61,730 nt of DNA from Candidatus Nomurabacteria bacterium (GTDB lineage: Bacteria > Patescibacteriota > Minisyncoccia > Phycocordibacterales > Phycocordibacteraceae), in assembly GCA_943353835.1 (NCBI GenBank), contig CALRBA010000003.1, positions 1 to 61,730 on the forward strand, read 5' to 3'. The position numbers and the translations under genes are program-made. Of this stretch, positions 8,847 through 18,636 are shown in pieces; positions within the stretch are counted from its first letter, which is position 1; each line of letters opens with the position of its first letter. The notes below the pieces were generated by a model, which was not told where the DNA came from, searched no databases, and was given only the letters and a program-made list of their open reading frames with translations.

Positions 8847-9914
8847 ATGTACAAGATGAAATGGCGGGTGGCTGGTGCGGGTGTAGCTGTAGTGGCGCTC
8901 GTTTACGTACTCGGCTTTTCTCCTCTCGCCTCGAGCGAGTATGTCTCGAACGTTGCCGAGCGATTTGTGCAACTACCGACTCTTGATAAAAGTGATTACA
9001 ACGCACGACTCCTCGCTCTCTCGCATATCGGCACTTCAACTCCCGTGTCGGCAACTGCCTCAACGTCGGTCAGAATCGCGACCACCACACTGCTCAGGTG
9101 GCCAGTCTCAACCGTGTACCCAAATGTAGGGGCGATACTGCCGTTCAAACGCGTTATCGCCTATTATGGGAATTTCTATTCTACAAAGATGGGAGTGCTC
9201 GGAGAATATCCGAATGACCAAATGCTCTCTATGCTCGCGAGCACGACGAATATGTGGACTATTGCAGACCCGAATACGCCTGCGGTGCCGGCTATCCATT
9301 ACATCGCCGTGGTCGCGCAGGCGACGGCTGGGAAGGAGGGGAAATATATTCTTCGAATGCCGGACGACCAGATAGACCACGCTCTTGAATTAGCGAGGCG
9401 TGTAAACGGCATAGTGTTTCTGGATGTGCAAGTAGGATTAAGTACTCTTCAATACGAGCTCCCTCTGCTAGAAAAATATCTAAAGATGCCAGAAGTGCAT
9501 CTGGGTATTGACCCGGAGTTTTCTATGAAGAATGGCGAGCGACCGGGGACGGTTATAGGCACCTTCGATGCCGAAGACATAAATTATGTCGCCGAGTATC
9601 TCGCGCGCCTAGTGCGCGATAATTATCTACCGCCGAAGATACTCGTCGTGCATCGCTTCACACAAAAAATGGTGACCAATTATAAAAATATCCTGCCATT
9701 GCCGGAAGTGCAAATAGTGATGCAAATGGACGGCTTTGGCTCTAAGGCGAAAAAATATGGAACGTACAATAGAATAGTAGCGTCAGAGCCAGTACAATTT
9801 ATGGGTATCAAACTTTTTTATAAAAATGATACACGCCCACCAGCAGACGGTCTTCTCTCGCCAGAAGAAGTCCTGAAACTCACTCCAACACCGATTTACA
9901 TTCAGTATCAATAG
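8847..9914 (+). CDS. Exported or membrane-anchored conserved hypothetical protein
   Basis: N-terminal hydrophobic segment, S/T-rich linker, globular domain with AYYGN, LDVQVG, HLGIDPEF, MDGFG. Confidence 0.75.
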   Translation: MYKMKWRVAGAGVAVVALVYVLGFSPLASSEYVSNVAERFVQLPTLDKSDYNARLLALSHIGTSTPVSATASTSVRIATTTLLRWPVSTVYPNVGAILPFKRVIAYYGNFYSTKMGVLGEYPNDQMLSMLASTTNMWTIADPNTPAVPAIHYIAVVAQATAGKEGKYILRMPDDQIDHALELARRVNGIVFLDVQVGLSTLQYELPLLEKYLKMPEVHLGIDPEFSMKNGERPGTVIGTFDAEDINYVAEYLARLVRDNYLPPKILVVHRFTQKMVTNYKNILPLPEVQIVMQMDGFGSKAKKYGTYNRIVASEPVQFMGIKLFYKNDTRPPADGLLSPEEVLKLTPTPIYIQYQ

Positions 9915-9944
9915 TTTTTACTCCTGTGCTATAATCGCTTGCAT

Positions 9945-10643
9945 ATGGAAACAAATGAAACAAACAAATATTTTTTACCAGTAGCAGTTATATTAGCCGG
10001 ATTTCTTATCGCAGGCGCTGTCATGTGGAACGGTTCGCGTCCTGCAGGCCCTGGCGTAGCCGCGGAACCGGGAGCGGCGCCGAAGGTAAATGTTAAAGAT
10101 GTGAAGACAGAAGGCAATCCATTCATCGGCCGAGCTGATGCGCCGTCTACTATGATTGTCTGGGACGACTTACAGTGCCCGTTTTGCAAGAAATTCAAGC
10201 TCGACACCATGCCGCAGATTGTGAAAGAGTACGTCGATACGGGGAAACTAAAAATTGTTTTTATGGACTTCGCATTCCAGGGTGAAGATTCAACCATCGC
10301 GGCAGTATACGGGAGCTCGGTCTGGAAGCTGTATCCGGAGCAGTTCTACGCGTGGAACATGGCGATGTTCATTGCCCAGGATGAAGGCGGGAATCAGGGC
10401 TTCGGCGATGCCGCATCGATTGACAAGCTTAATGCCACAATTCCCGGCATTGACGTCGCGAAAGTTACCGCTGACGTGAAGGCGAACATGAGCACCTATC
10501 AAGCAGCGATAGAAGCCGACAAAGATGAGGCGCAGAAAGTCGGCGTGAATGCGACACCGTCATTTATAGTCGGCACTCAGATGATTCAGGGCGCTTATCC
10601 TTACCCGACATTTCAAGCTGCGATAGAAGATGCTCTGAAATGA
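9945..10643 (+). CDS. DsbA-family thioredoxin-fold oxidoreductase
   Basis: TM anchor, DLQCPFC active site, GVNATPSF cis-Pro loop. Confidence 0.92.
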   Translation: METNETNKYFLPVAVILAGFLIAGAVMWNGSRPAGPGVAAEPGAAPKVNVKDVKTEGNPFIGRADAPSTMIVWDDLQCPFCKKFKLDTMPQIVKEYVDTGKLKIVFMDFAFQGEDSTIAAVYGSSVWKLYPEQFYAWNMAMFIAQDEGGNQGFGDAASIDKLNATIPGIDVAKVTADVKANMSTYQAAIEADKDEAQKVGVNATPSFIVGTQMIQGAYPYPTFQAAIEDALK

Positions 10644-11383
10644 TTCAAATCTGGGTCTACACGCTTATCAGCGTCACCGCGGTCAGTCTTATTTCGCTCA
10701 TAGGCATTTTTACGTTAGGAATAAAACAGGACCGTCTTCAGCACATACTTTTTTATCTCGTGAGCTTTTCCGCCGGCGCGCTCCTTGGCGATGTGTTCAT
10801 CCACATTCTCCCGGAGATTATGCAGGGAGAGGGAGCGATGCGTAACGGCAGTTATGTGCTCGCAGGCATCATGCTGTTCTTCGTATTGGAACGCTTTCTT
10901 ATATGGCACCATTCTCACAGTTCTCACAAAGAAGAAATACATTCAATGGTGTATCTCACCATCATCGGAGACGCGCTCCATAATTTCCTAGACGGCGTTG
11001 CTATCGCTGCAAGTTTCTTAATCAGTATACCCATCGGCATAGCCACAGCGACCGCAGTCATTTTCCACGAAATCCCACAAGAGATAGGGCAATTCGCCAT
11101 ACTGGTTCACGGTGGTTGGAGCAGAAAAAAGGCACTGCTCTATAACTTTTTTTCCGCCTTTACTGCGATTGCGGGAGCGCTCCTCACGCTCCTTTTCTCC
11201 CAGAGATTTGAAGAAGCACCAACCATACTGTTGGGGTTTGGGGCTGCGAGTTTCATCTACATCGCGATGTCAGACTTGATTCCGGAATTGCAAAAGGAAA
11301 CGGACACGCGGCGATTTATAGTGCAGCTGCTATGGATGGCCGCCGGTATCGGGGTTATGGCACTTCTCCTTTTTCTTGAATAA
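10640..11383 (+). CDS. ZIP family metal (Zn) transporter
   Basis: Multiple TM helices, His-rich loop HHSHSSH, LHNFLDG and FHEIPQE motifs. Confidence 0.93.
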   Translation: MIQIWVYTLISVTAVSLISLIGIFTLGIKQDRLQHILFYLVSFSAGALLGDVFIHILPEIMQGEGAMRNGSYVLAGIMLFFVLERFLIWHHSHSSHKEEIHSMVYLTIIGDALHNFLDGVAIAASFLISIPIGIATATAVIFHEIPQEIGQFAILVHGGWSRKKALLYNFFSAFTAIAGALLTLLFSQRFEEAPTILLGFGAASFIYIAMSDLIPELQKETDTRRFIVQLLWMAAGIGVMALLLFLE

Positions 11384-11405
11384 ACGTTCTTGATATAATT
11401 TATCT

Positions 11406-11741
11406 ATGAAAATATTTTTACATTGGCTCATTGCTGCCGCGGCCATAGGAATAGCGGCATACATTATTCCGGGAGTTACAATTGACCCTATTAGTGCACT
11501 CATCGCGGCGGTCGTTCTCGGCGCGCTCAATCTCTTCATCCGCCCAGTGCTTCTTATCCTCACGCTCCCGATAACCGTCATCACGCTCGGTCTCTTCTCG
11601 CTCGTCATCAATGCGCTCCTGGTGCTTCTCGCCGCGTATCTCGTGCCGGGATTTTCTGTCGCAAGTTTTTGGACAGCATTCCTCTTCGCGTTCGTGCTAG
11701 CCGTCATTAACTGGTTCTTCAGTCTCTGGAACCGTTCGTAG
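11406..11741 (+). CDS. YvlD-like 4-TM membrane protein (phage holin family 4-like)
   Basis: LNLFIRPVLLILTLPITVITLGLFSLVINA signature. Confidence 0.88.
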   Translation: MKIFLHWLIAAAAIGIAAYIIPGVTIDPISALIAAVVLGALNLFIRPVLLILTLPITVITLGLFSLVINALLVLLAAYLVPGFSVASFWTAFLFAFVLAVINWFFSLWNRS

Positions 11742-11742
11742 C

Positions 11743-11952
11743 ATGATTGACCCGGAACTTGTCGCTAAGCTTGACGAGATAGGCGCCAAAGCGGACAGGG
11801 CATACCGCGCCGTCGAGACCGTGCGTACGTATCTCTTTTGGACAGGTGTCATCACCATCGCGCTCATTGTGCTCCCAATCATCGGCCTTATGTTCGCTCT
11901 CCCGCAGTTCATCAGCTCCTACACTTCAACCATCACCAGCATTGGCTACTAA
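11743..11952 (+). CDS. Small hypothetical membrane protein
   Basis: Tightly coupled to the upstream gene; one TM helix. Confidence 0.75.
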   Translation: MIDPELVAKLDEIGAKADRAYRAVETVRTYLFWTGVITIALIVLPIIGLMFALPQFISSYTSTITSIGY

Positions 11953-12017
11953 GTTGTGTGAGTTCGCATAGAGTGGTATAATTTTTCTAGACTCATTCAC
12001 AGAGGGAGCAGACCATC

Positions 12018-12227
12018 ATGTACAAATATGTACCATTGCCAGTCGGCAAGTATGTCAAATATGTCCTGCAGTGCCCGCATTGCAAACATAGCGGACCCCA
12101 CTACCCAAGCGGATCGGCTCTGAACGAAAAGAAGGAGAAGGTGCGGCGCTGGAAATGTTTCAGCTCCAAGTGCGAGAAGTATTTCACCACCGAAACACCC
12201 CCTGACTCAGGACCAGCCGTTGCATAG
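12018..12227 (+). CDS. Small zinc-ribbon-like protein
   Basis: CPHC...CFSSKC; SD GGGAG, upstream TGGTATAAT, downstream hairpin. Confidence 0.6.
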   Translation: MYKYVPLPVGKYVKYVLQCPHCKHSGPHYPSGSALNEKKEKVRRWKCFSSKCEKYFTTETPPDSGPAVA

Positions 12228-12250
12228 CATTACACCCGCCTCGCGCCAAA

Positions 12251-12280
12251 AGGCCGCCTTCCGAGGCGGTCTGTTTTATT
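12251..12280 (+). terminator. Putative intrinsic terminator
   Basis: aggccgcc-ttccga-ggcggtct followed by gttttatt. Confidence 0.55.
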
Positions 12281-12357
12281 ACAATGCGCTTTTGCCGCGC
12301 ATCAGGTTGATGAGAATAGTGAGGAATGAGATGAGGGTATAGAGTATACTGTAAGAA

Positions 12358-15126
12358 ATGGAATCAACACCTAAGTTGTCTACACCGGAAGAGGAGCTTG
12401 CGTATTTGCGCGAGCAGGTGATTCGCAAAGAAGCGGAGCTTCTTGCGAATCATGCGCAAGGAGCCGAACAGGCTACGATTATTTCAGAGACGATACATGA
12501 ACACCACTCCGCCACAGCCGAGATTCTTGCACCCGAATATAAAATAAGCGAAGCGACCGCGAACAGCGAAGCTGAGGCAATACTCGCCGAGCTTAATCTC
12601 GGCGGTAGCGAGCAAGCGATAAAGAGTCTGCAACAGACTCTTGAGGAAAAGGGAATTAAGAACGCATTATCAGTGATGGAAAAGCTCCATGACCCGCATA
12701 TTGCCGACGACTTTCATCGGTACCTCGTGCGCTATATCGCGGTTGGTCTTCTCGCTGCCGGTATTGACGAGAAATCTCCGCGTTTCAAGGCGCTTCGGAT
12801 GACGCTCTATGAGATCGCGCTTCCCGAACCGAAGGGTGTTGAATCAGGCGGACGCACGAAGACACTCAAGGAGCTCATTTCCGGCATGGAACAATTATAT
12901 TCTGGACTTCTCTCTATCGGGGGCGCAGAGAGCGGAGAACCGGTGTATTACGCGCTTGAACTAGCAGTACCCGCCGATAATCCGGAGCTCCAATTTTATG
13001 CCGCCATCCCCAACAATAAAAAGAATCTTTTTGAAAAACAAATGCTCGCTGTATTTCCCGATGCGCATCTCGTACCACAACCATATGACTACAATGTATT
13101 CGCCTCCGGTGGCACATCTCTCGCGTCAACGGCGCGATTCGCAGAGAATTCGGCATTGCCTTTGAAGGATTACACAGATTTTGATTACGACCCGTTGAAC
13201 GCGATTACGAACGCATTCGCCAAGATTGAGCACACAGGCGAAGGGGCGGCGCTACAAATAATTATTGAACCGCGTGCCGAGCGATATGTGAAGCATTATA
13301 AAAAAATTCTGCAGGCATTGCGTAAGGGCGAGAAACACTCTTCGGCATTTAACACGCCGGAGACCGCATTCGGCGAGTTCGCGCGCGATATCGGCAAGAC
13401 GCTTTTTTCCGGCAAGCCCAAGGACGTACAGAAAGCCAAGGAGGCCGAGACACGCCAAATTGAAGCGAACAAGACATACATAGAACAGGTGGAGAAGAAG
13501 ATAGCCGCAACAATTGTCGGCGCGACGATCAGGCTTGTATCGTCGTCGGTAGACGCGCATAAGGCAGGGCAGATATTGGACGAACTAGAATCCGCGTTCA
13601 ATCAGTTCGGGAACACACAAGGGAATCATCTTGAATTTAAACGCCTACCTGCCGGCAGACAGGTGCAAGACGTTCTGGAAGATTTTTCATTCCGTTTGCC
13701 GGATTCTTCTGCGCTTCCGCTCTCTCTGCGCGAGCTTACGACGATGTATCACTTCCCACCGTCTGGCATCGCGAGTTCTCCGCACTTGAAGCAGGCGCGC
13801 TTTACCCACGCACCCGCGCCCATAGGGCTCTCGCAGACCGGAATATTGCTCGGTACCAACACATACCGCAGTACACAAACTAAAATTCATCTTGAACAGG
13901 AGGACCGCCTTCGACATCTCTACATCATCGGTCAGACCGGTACCGGTAAGTCCGGACTTATGAAGTCGATGATTATTCAGGATATTAAAAACGGCGATGG
14001 ATGTTGTTTCATTGACCCGCACGGCACCGATATCTTGGACATTCTCGGTTCAGTACCACCGGAGCGTTACAAAGATGTCATTTATTTTGACCCCGCCGAC
14101 CTCTCGCGCCCTTTCTCGCTCAACTTCTTGGAGTACGATATTTCGCGTCCCGAACAAAAGACTTTTATTGTGAACGAGCTCTTGATGATTTTTAAACGAC
14201 TATACGGCGACGTGCCCGAGAGTATGGGGCCCGCCTTTGAACAATACTTCCGCAACGCGACCCTCCTCGTGATGGAGGACCCGGCGAGCGGGTCAACCAT
14301 TCTTGACATCGCGCGTGTGCTCTCAAACAAAGAGTTCCGAGAACAAAAGCTCGCAAAGAGTATGAATCCGGTCATAAACCAGTTTTGGAATGAAATAGCG
14401 ACGAAGGCAGGTGGCGATGCATCACTTGAAAATATAGTTCCATATATTACCAACAAGTTTGACGACTTTACCGCGAACGATTTCATTCGCCCTATTGTCG
14501 GCCAACAAGAGTCGTCATTTAAATTCCGTGAGGTGATGGACACCAAGAAGATACTTCTTATCAATCTCTCCAAGGGTCGCTTGGGCGAGAAGAATGCGAA
14601 CCTGCTCGGCCTTATAGTCGTAGGCAAGCTCTTTATGGCGGCACTCTCGCGCGCCGATTCTCCGAGAGTTGCGCACGCGCCGTTCTATCTTTATATAGAC
14701 GAGTTCCAGAACGTAACTACCGACTCAATTCCAGGCATTCTATCCGAGGCGCGTAAGTATAAGCTCTCACTTTCTATGGCGCACCAGTTCTTGAGCCAGA
14801 TACAAGAGAAGACCCGTGACGCGGTCTTTGGCAATGTGGGCAATATGGCGATATTCCGCGTTGGCGAAGAGGATGGTGAATTCTTCGCCAAACAATTCGC
14901 GCCGGTCTTTACGGCGCTGGACTTCGTCAATCTGGAATTTAGAAATGCATATGTGAAAATTCTCGCGGGTGGCGTACCGCAGAAGCCGTTTGATATGAAG
15001 ACGCCAGATTTACCTCCGGTAAATCTGGCGCAGGTGGACGACCTAATTCACCTCTCCTCCCTCACCTACGGTCGCGACCGTGCTACAGTTGAAAATATGA
15101 TACGCGAGCGCTATCTTTCGCATTAA
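12358..15126 (+). CDS. VirD4/TraG/HerA-like P-loop ATPase (type IV coupling-protein-like)
   Basis: RLRHLYIIGQTGTGKS (Walker A), FIDPHG, LYIDEFQN (Walker B), LSEARKY, AHQFLSQ. Confidence 0.88.
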   Translation: MESTPKLSTPEEELAYLREQVIRKEAELLANHAQGAEQATIISETIHEHHSATAEILAPEYKISEATANSEAEAILAELNLGGSEQAIKSLQQTLEEKGIKNALSVMEKLHDPHIADDFHRYLVRYIAVGLLAAGIDEKSPRFKALRMTLYEIALPEPKGVESGGRTKTLKELISGMEQLYSGLLSIGGAESGEPVYYALELAVPADNPELQFYAAIPNNKKNLFEKQMLAVFPDAHLVPQPYDYNVFASGGTSLASTARFAENSALPLKDYTDFDYDPLNAITNAFAKIEHTGEGAALQIIIEPRAERYVKHYKKILQALRKGEKHSSAFNTPETAFGEFARDIGKTLFSGKPKDVQKAKEAETRQIEANKTYIEQVEKKIAATIVGATIRLVSSSVDAHKAGQILDELESAFNQFGNTQGNHLEFKRLPAGRQVQDVLEDFSFRLPDSSALPLSLRELTTMYHFPPSGIASSPHLKQARFTHAPAPIGLSQTGILLGTNTYRSTQTKIHLEQEDRLRHLYIIGQTGTGKSGLMKSMIIQDIKNGDGCCFIDPHGTDILDILGSVPPERYKDVIYFDPADLSRPFSLNFLEYDISRPEQKTFIVNELLMIFKRLYGDVPESMGPAFEQYFRNATLLVMEDPASGSTILDIARVLSNKEFREQKLAKSMNPVINQFWNEIATKAGGDASLENIVPYITNKFDDFTANDFIRPIVGQQESSFKFREVMDTKKILLINLSKGRLGEKNANLLGLIVVGKLFMAALSRADSPRVAHAPFYLYIDEFQNVTTDSIPGILSEARKYKLSLSMAHQFLSQIQEKTRDAVFGNVGNMAIFRVGEEDGEFFAKQFAPVFTALDFVNLEFRNAYVKILAGGVPQKPFDMKTPDLPPVNLAQVDDLIHLSSLTYGRDRATVENMIRERYLSH
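13644..13663. repeat. CCTGCCTGCCGGCAGGCAGG-type palindrome in frame (LPAGRQ)
   Basis: cctacctgccggcagacagg; relatives at 7811-7828 and 21929-21948. Confidence 0.65.
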
Positions 15127-15131
15127 TTTGT

Positions 15132-17060
15132 ATGGCTGAAAAAATCCCGCCGGAACAGCTACAATCAGCGCCAGAAATTTCTCCGGAAGCGCAGAGGCTT
15201 GAAGCAGAAGAGCAGAGAGATATTGAGGAAAAGGTAGATGCGAGGATTGCAACAGAAGAAGTAGGGAAAGTTGAGGCTGGCCCTGTCAGTACAGAGCCGT
15301 TGCCAGCCATGTTTCGCAGTAATCGGAAGCGTCCGAAAAACAATGAACCCACGGTCATACCTGAAGATGATCAGCTCCTGAATCTCTTTAAAGAAAAGTA
15401 TGAAGCAATAGGCGAAGCTCCGATTATTCCAGACTCGGAGGACGCTCCTACCGAATTTCTGAACAACGACCATACGTCGCTTGAGTGGCGAGAAAAATTG
15501 CGCGGGCTCATCATGGTTGCGGAGAAGAGTCCTATCGGCAGTGAGCGCGGCGAAAGTTTGAAAACGTATCTCGCAGAGCGCTCAAAAGAATTGGGCGAGA
15601 AGGCGAAGGAGTACGGACCGAAGACAGTGGCTCTTATTGGTTCTCTGAGCGAGAAATATAATAAGCTGAACTGGAAAACGAAGATTGCGGTCACTGGCGG
15701 TCTCATTGCCAGTGTTTCGCTCACTTCGGCGGCATTTCCAATAATCTCAGCGATATTGGGCGGGGCACTGTATGGGCAGCGTGTCATCGGCGGCATCGGC
15801 TTCGCGATGAACCGGCGCAAGGCGCTTGATGCGAAGATAGCTGCGAACGCAGATCACTGGCTCGCAGGGAAGTCGGAACGAGTGAAAAATACATATGCGA
15901 CCGCTCTCGCGGCAGTTTATATGGGGAGTACCGCATTTGCCGTGCATGAAGGCGTTGAAGCGTTGAATGAACTTGGAGTAAATAAATGGCTGGGGAACAT
16001 GCTCGGGCATAAGCTCGAAGAAGTACCGGCCGCAACAACTGCGCCAATCGCAGAAGCAGTAGCACCCACCCCTGCTCCCGAAGTTCCAGCATCCGTAGCG
16101 CCAGAAATCCCTCAACCCGCGGCCGCAGCGGCCGCGGACGTGGAAGCTGTCGCATCTGCACTAGCGCCAGAAATCCATGGAATTGAAGTGACCGCAACGC
16201 CAGGAAAGGGTTATGAATACATGATGAAGCGACTGTGGGAACAGTTGCAAGAAAAAGGAATAAGCACTGAACAAGTAGAAAGATTCCGAGGAAGCGATCT
16301 TGGGAAGCTTCTTGAGGCGGACGAAAAATCAGTCAACGATGTGATACATAACATCGCAAAGGAACAAGGATTCTACAAGCCCGAAGGCACAAGCGTTCAG
16401 ATCAATCTTGGCGACAAGTTAAGCTTCAACGAAGAAGGCTCAATAGTTCTTGGTAATAAGGACGAATGGATTGTCAAAGCGCCTGCAAATGCGCCACTAA
16501 CGCCGGCGTACCCTCCGGAAACAATAGTTCGTCCAGAAATACCAGTGCCTCCGCTCGCGCAGGAAAACATCGCGACCTCAGAACCGATAAAAACAGTGGA
16601 CCTGACTGAGAAACAAGCAGTAGACGAAACCGAACTGCCGACGCCACCATCAGAGAACGACAGCTCAATCGTTCGCGACGGCCAAGGGCAAGCAGTGCTC
16701 GATGGGTCGGGTGAGCCGATTCGTACCGGGACATTTGAAACGTCGCCCGGCACGAATCAGTTTGGCCTCATAGTAGAGACCGCCAAGTCGCATATTTACG
16801 CAGGTGCTGGAGAAGGGCGAACATTCGTTTTTGGCGGTACGCCGGCTGAACGCGCAAATATGATTCTGGAACATCTAACTAAAAATCCAAACAGCGTCGT
16901 TTTCGGTACAGATGATTCCGAAAAATATCGTATTCCTTGGTATCTTGTGGAAGGAAAGATTACTCCGGGTGTACCGATGCGTACGAGCGGTTTCTTCGGG
17001 TTCGGTTCCACATGGATGAAACCGCCTGGTCCTGAGGATTTGGAAAAGGTTATTAAATAA
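15132..17060 (+). CDS. Hypothetical membrane protein with Pro/Ala/Glu-rich linkers
   Basis: 642-aa ORF 5 nt after the ATPase; central hydrophobic helices; PEVPA/PEIP low-complexity tract. Confidence 0.8.
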   Translation: MAEKIPPEQLQSAPEISPEAQRLEAEEQRDIEEKVDARIATEEVGKVEAGPVSTEPLPAMFRSNRKRPKNNEPTVIPEDDQLLNLFKEKYEAIGEAPIIPDSEDAPTEFLNNDHTSLEWREKLRGLIMVAEKSPIGSERGESLKTYLAERSKELGEKAKEYGPKTVALIGSLSEKYNKLNWKTKIAVTGGLIASVSLTSAAFPIISAILGGALYGQRVIGGIGFAMNRRKALDAKIAANADHWLAGKSERVKNTYATALAAVYMGSTAFAVHEGVEALNELGVNKWLGNMLGHKLEEVPAATTAPIAEAVAPTPAPEVPASVAPEIPQPAAAAAADVEAVASALAPEIHGIEVTATPGKGYEYMMKRLWEQLQEKGISTEQVERFRGSDLGKLLEADEKSVNDVIHNIAKEQGFYKPEGTSVQINLGDKLSFNEEGSIVLGNKDEWIVKAPANAPLTPAYPPETIVRPEIPVPPLAQENIATSEPIKTVDLTEKQAVDETELPTPPSENDSSIVRDGQGQAVLDGSGEPIRTGTFETSPGTNQFGLIVETAKSHIYAGAGEGRTFVFGGTPAERANMILEHLTKNPNSVVFGTDDSEKYRIPWYLVEGKITPGVPMRTSGFFGFGSTWMKPPGPEDLEKVIK

Positions 17061-17079
17061 AAATGCTATGATTTCACCT

Positions 17080-17376
17080 ATGCAAGATGAATTAACCAAA
17101 GCGATCGTGACCGACCTCGGTCTCACTGATCTTCCCGCTGACCAGCAGAAGTCACTTATCGCGCAGTTCGGCGAGATAGCGCTTAAGGCGGCGACGCTCG
17201 CTGTGGTAGGTAAGCTCGCCGAGGATAATAGGGAAGAGTTCGCCATTCTCGCCGAGACGGGCGACCCAGCGGCGCTTAAGGCATTCCTCGATCGTGAGGT
17301 ACCGGGACACGAGGAGCTCGCCAAAGCGGCCGTAGCTGAAGAAGTTAAGAAGTTTAAAGAGTTCCAGAAGCCGTAG
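17080..17376 (+). CDS. Small acidic helical hypothetical protein (DUF5663-like)
   Basis: DLGLTDLPADQQ..FLDREVPG pattern; ATG 17080 lies 7 nt after TGCTATGAT. Confidence 0.65.
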   Translation: MQDELTKAIVTDLGLTDLPADQQKSLIAQFGEIALKAATLAVVGKLAEDNREEFAILAETGDPAALKAFLDREVPGHEELAKAAVAEEVKKFKEFQKP

Positions 17377-17405
17377 TATAATATTCAAGTAATAATTAAT
17401 TGCAT

Positions 17406-17921
17406 ATGAATCCAACACAAACAGGTATCGCTGTCGCACTCGCTTTAACAGTAGTAGCGCTTTTCTTCATCTTTCCCGGTGCCACTCTCTTCAATAATCA
17501 GACGCCGACAGAGAGTCCGCCGATTGAGTTTAATAATCAAACAGCAGCCGCAGGAGCTGCACAACCAACTATGCCTACAGAACCAGTGAAAGAACTTATG
17601 ATGAAGGATGATGTTGTCGGCACGGGCGCGACCGCGACCGCAGGCGACAGTGTGACGGTAAATTATATCGGAGCGCTCACGAACGGCACAGTCTTTGACG
17701 CTTCTGCCAACCACGGTACTGCAGGCTTCACCTTCACGCTCGGAGTTGGGCAAGTCATTAAAGGTTGGGACCAAGGGGTTGCGGGTATGAAAGTAGGAGG
17801 GAAACGTACGCTCGTTATCCCCGCAGCGCTAGCGTACGGCCCACAAGCTGTCGGAAATGTAATCCCAGCGAACGCGGACCTAGTCTTTCAAGTGGAGCTC
17901 TTGAATGTAGAGAAGAAGTGA
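17406..17921 (+). CDS. FKBP-type peptidyl-prolyl isomerase with membrane anchor
   Basis: VNYIGAL, VFDAS, GQVIKGWDQG, LAYG, IPANADLVFQVELL. Confidence 0.95.
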   Translation: MNPTQTGIAVALALTVVALFFIFPGATLFNNQTPTESPPIEFNNQTAAAGAAQPTMPTEPVKELMMKDDVVGTGATATAGDSVTVNYIGALTNGTVFDASANHGTAGFTFTLGVGQVIKGWDQGVAGMKVGGKRTLVIPAALAYGPQAVGNVIPANADLVFQVELLNVEKK

Positions 17922-17933
17922 AGTAAATAAAAA

Positions 17934-17965
17934 AATGGGCGCGAACCGTGAGGTTTGCGCCCATT
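17934..17965. terminator. Hairpin between convergent genes
   Basis: aatgggcgcgaacc-gtga-ggtttgcgcccatt preceded by an A tract (U tract on the minus strand). Confidence 0.65.
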
Positions 17966-17975
17966 GCCGTATCTC

Positions 17976-18515
17976 CTAGTAAGGCGACTTCTGGAGGACC
18001 TTCACTTCGTAGCCAGGGAAGAGTGTCAGAACTTCGCGACCACAGTTCTCGAATGTGTACGTCTGACCACCGAGCGTCACGATGCCGTTTGCCGCACCTG
18101 CGAATCCGCTGGCGGCGGCACCGTATTTGCCGTATGCGCTCGAGCTCACGCCTGTAAAGGCCTTCGCGCCGAGTCCTACCCCGACGAATCCGGCGGCAGC
18201 ATACAGCGCTCCGTTCGCTAGTACAGCAACCAAGTTGCTCGGTCGTACGGTTCCCGTGAAGATGCGGCACGCGCGTTCAGCTTCCACCACGGCGGCAATC
18301 TGCTTAGCAGTCACGTCCCCTTTCACGAGGTAATTGACCTTGAGGCTACCCTGCGCCAGCATCCAGTCCGGAGCGGATTGATTATTCGCGACAATCGTCG
18401 CCCTTTCGCCGTCCGGCATGGTGATTGGGATGTTAATCCTCTCACCTTGTGTTGCGCACGCGCCTAACACGATGATACTCGCCAAAATGGCGATCCTGCA
18501 CAATACGTTCTTCAT
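17976..18515 (-). CDS. Putative lipoprotein with glycine-zipper-like segment
   Basis: Lipobox LGAC after a hydrophobic signal; G/A-rich hydrophobic region; SD GGAGG upstream of ATG 18515. Confidence 0.7.
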   Translation of the reverse strand: MKNVLCRIAILASIIVLGACATQGERINIPITMPDGERATIVANNQSAPDWMLAQGSLKVNYLVKGDVTAKQIAAVVEAERACRIFTGTVRPSNLVAVLANGALYAAAGFVGVGLGAKAFTGVSSSAYGKYGAAASGFAGAANGIVTLGGQTYTFENCGREVLTLFPGYEVKVLQKSPY

Positions 18516-18636
18516 GTTCAAAGACCTCCATTTTGGGGCCGTTTCAGAATTGAAGCGGTGGAACCCCGTCTAAATGCAAGGATACTCTACAATTATGATT
18601 TGTCAATACTGGTCGAGTAAGGTACGTTATAGAGTA

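Noticed and set aside
11406-11741. Holin as evidence of a prophage
   Set aside because: YvlD-like membrane proteins are common chromosomal genes; no endolysin or structural phage genes are nearby.
12358-15126. Conjugative element (ICE)
   Set aside because: No relaxase, VirB4/VirB6 cluster, integrase or att sites are adjacent, and the flanks are housekeeping genes.
16020-16180. Tandem repeat in the 642-aa protein (gcgccagaaatcc twice)
   Set aside because: This is a short duplication within a Pro/Ala low-complexity linker, not an array or mobile element.
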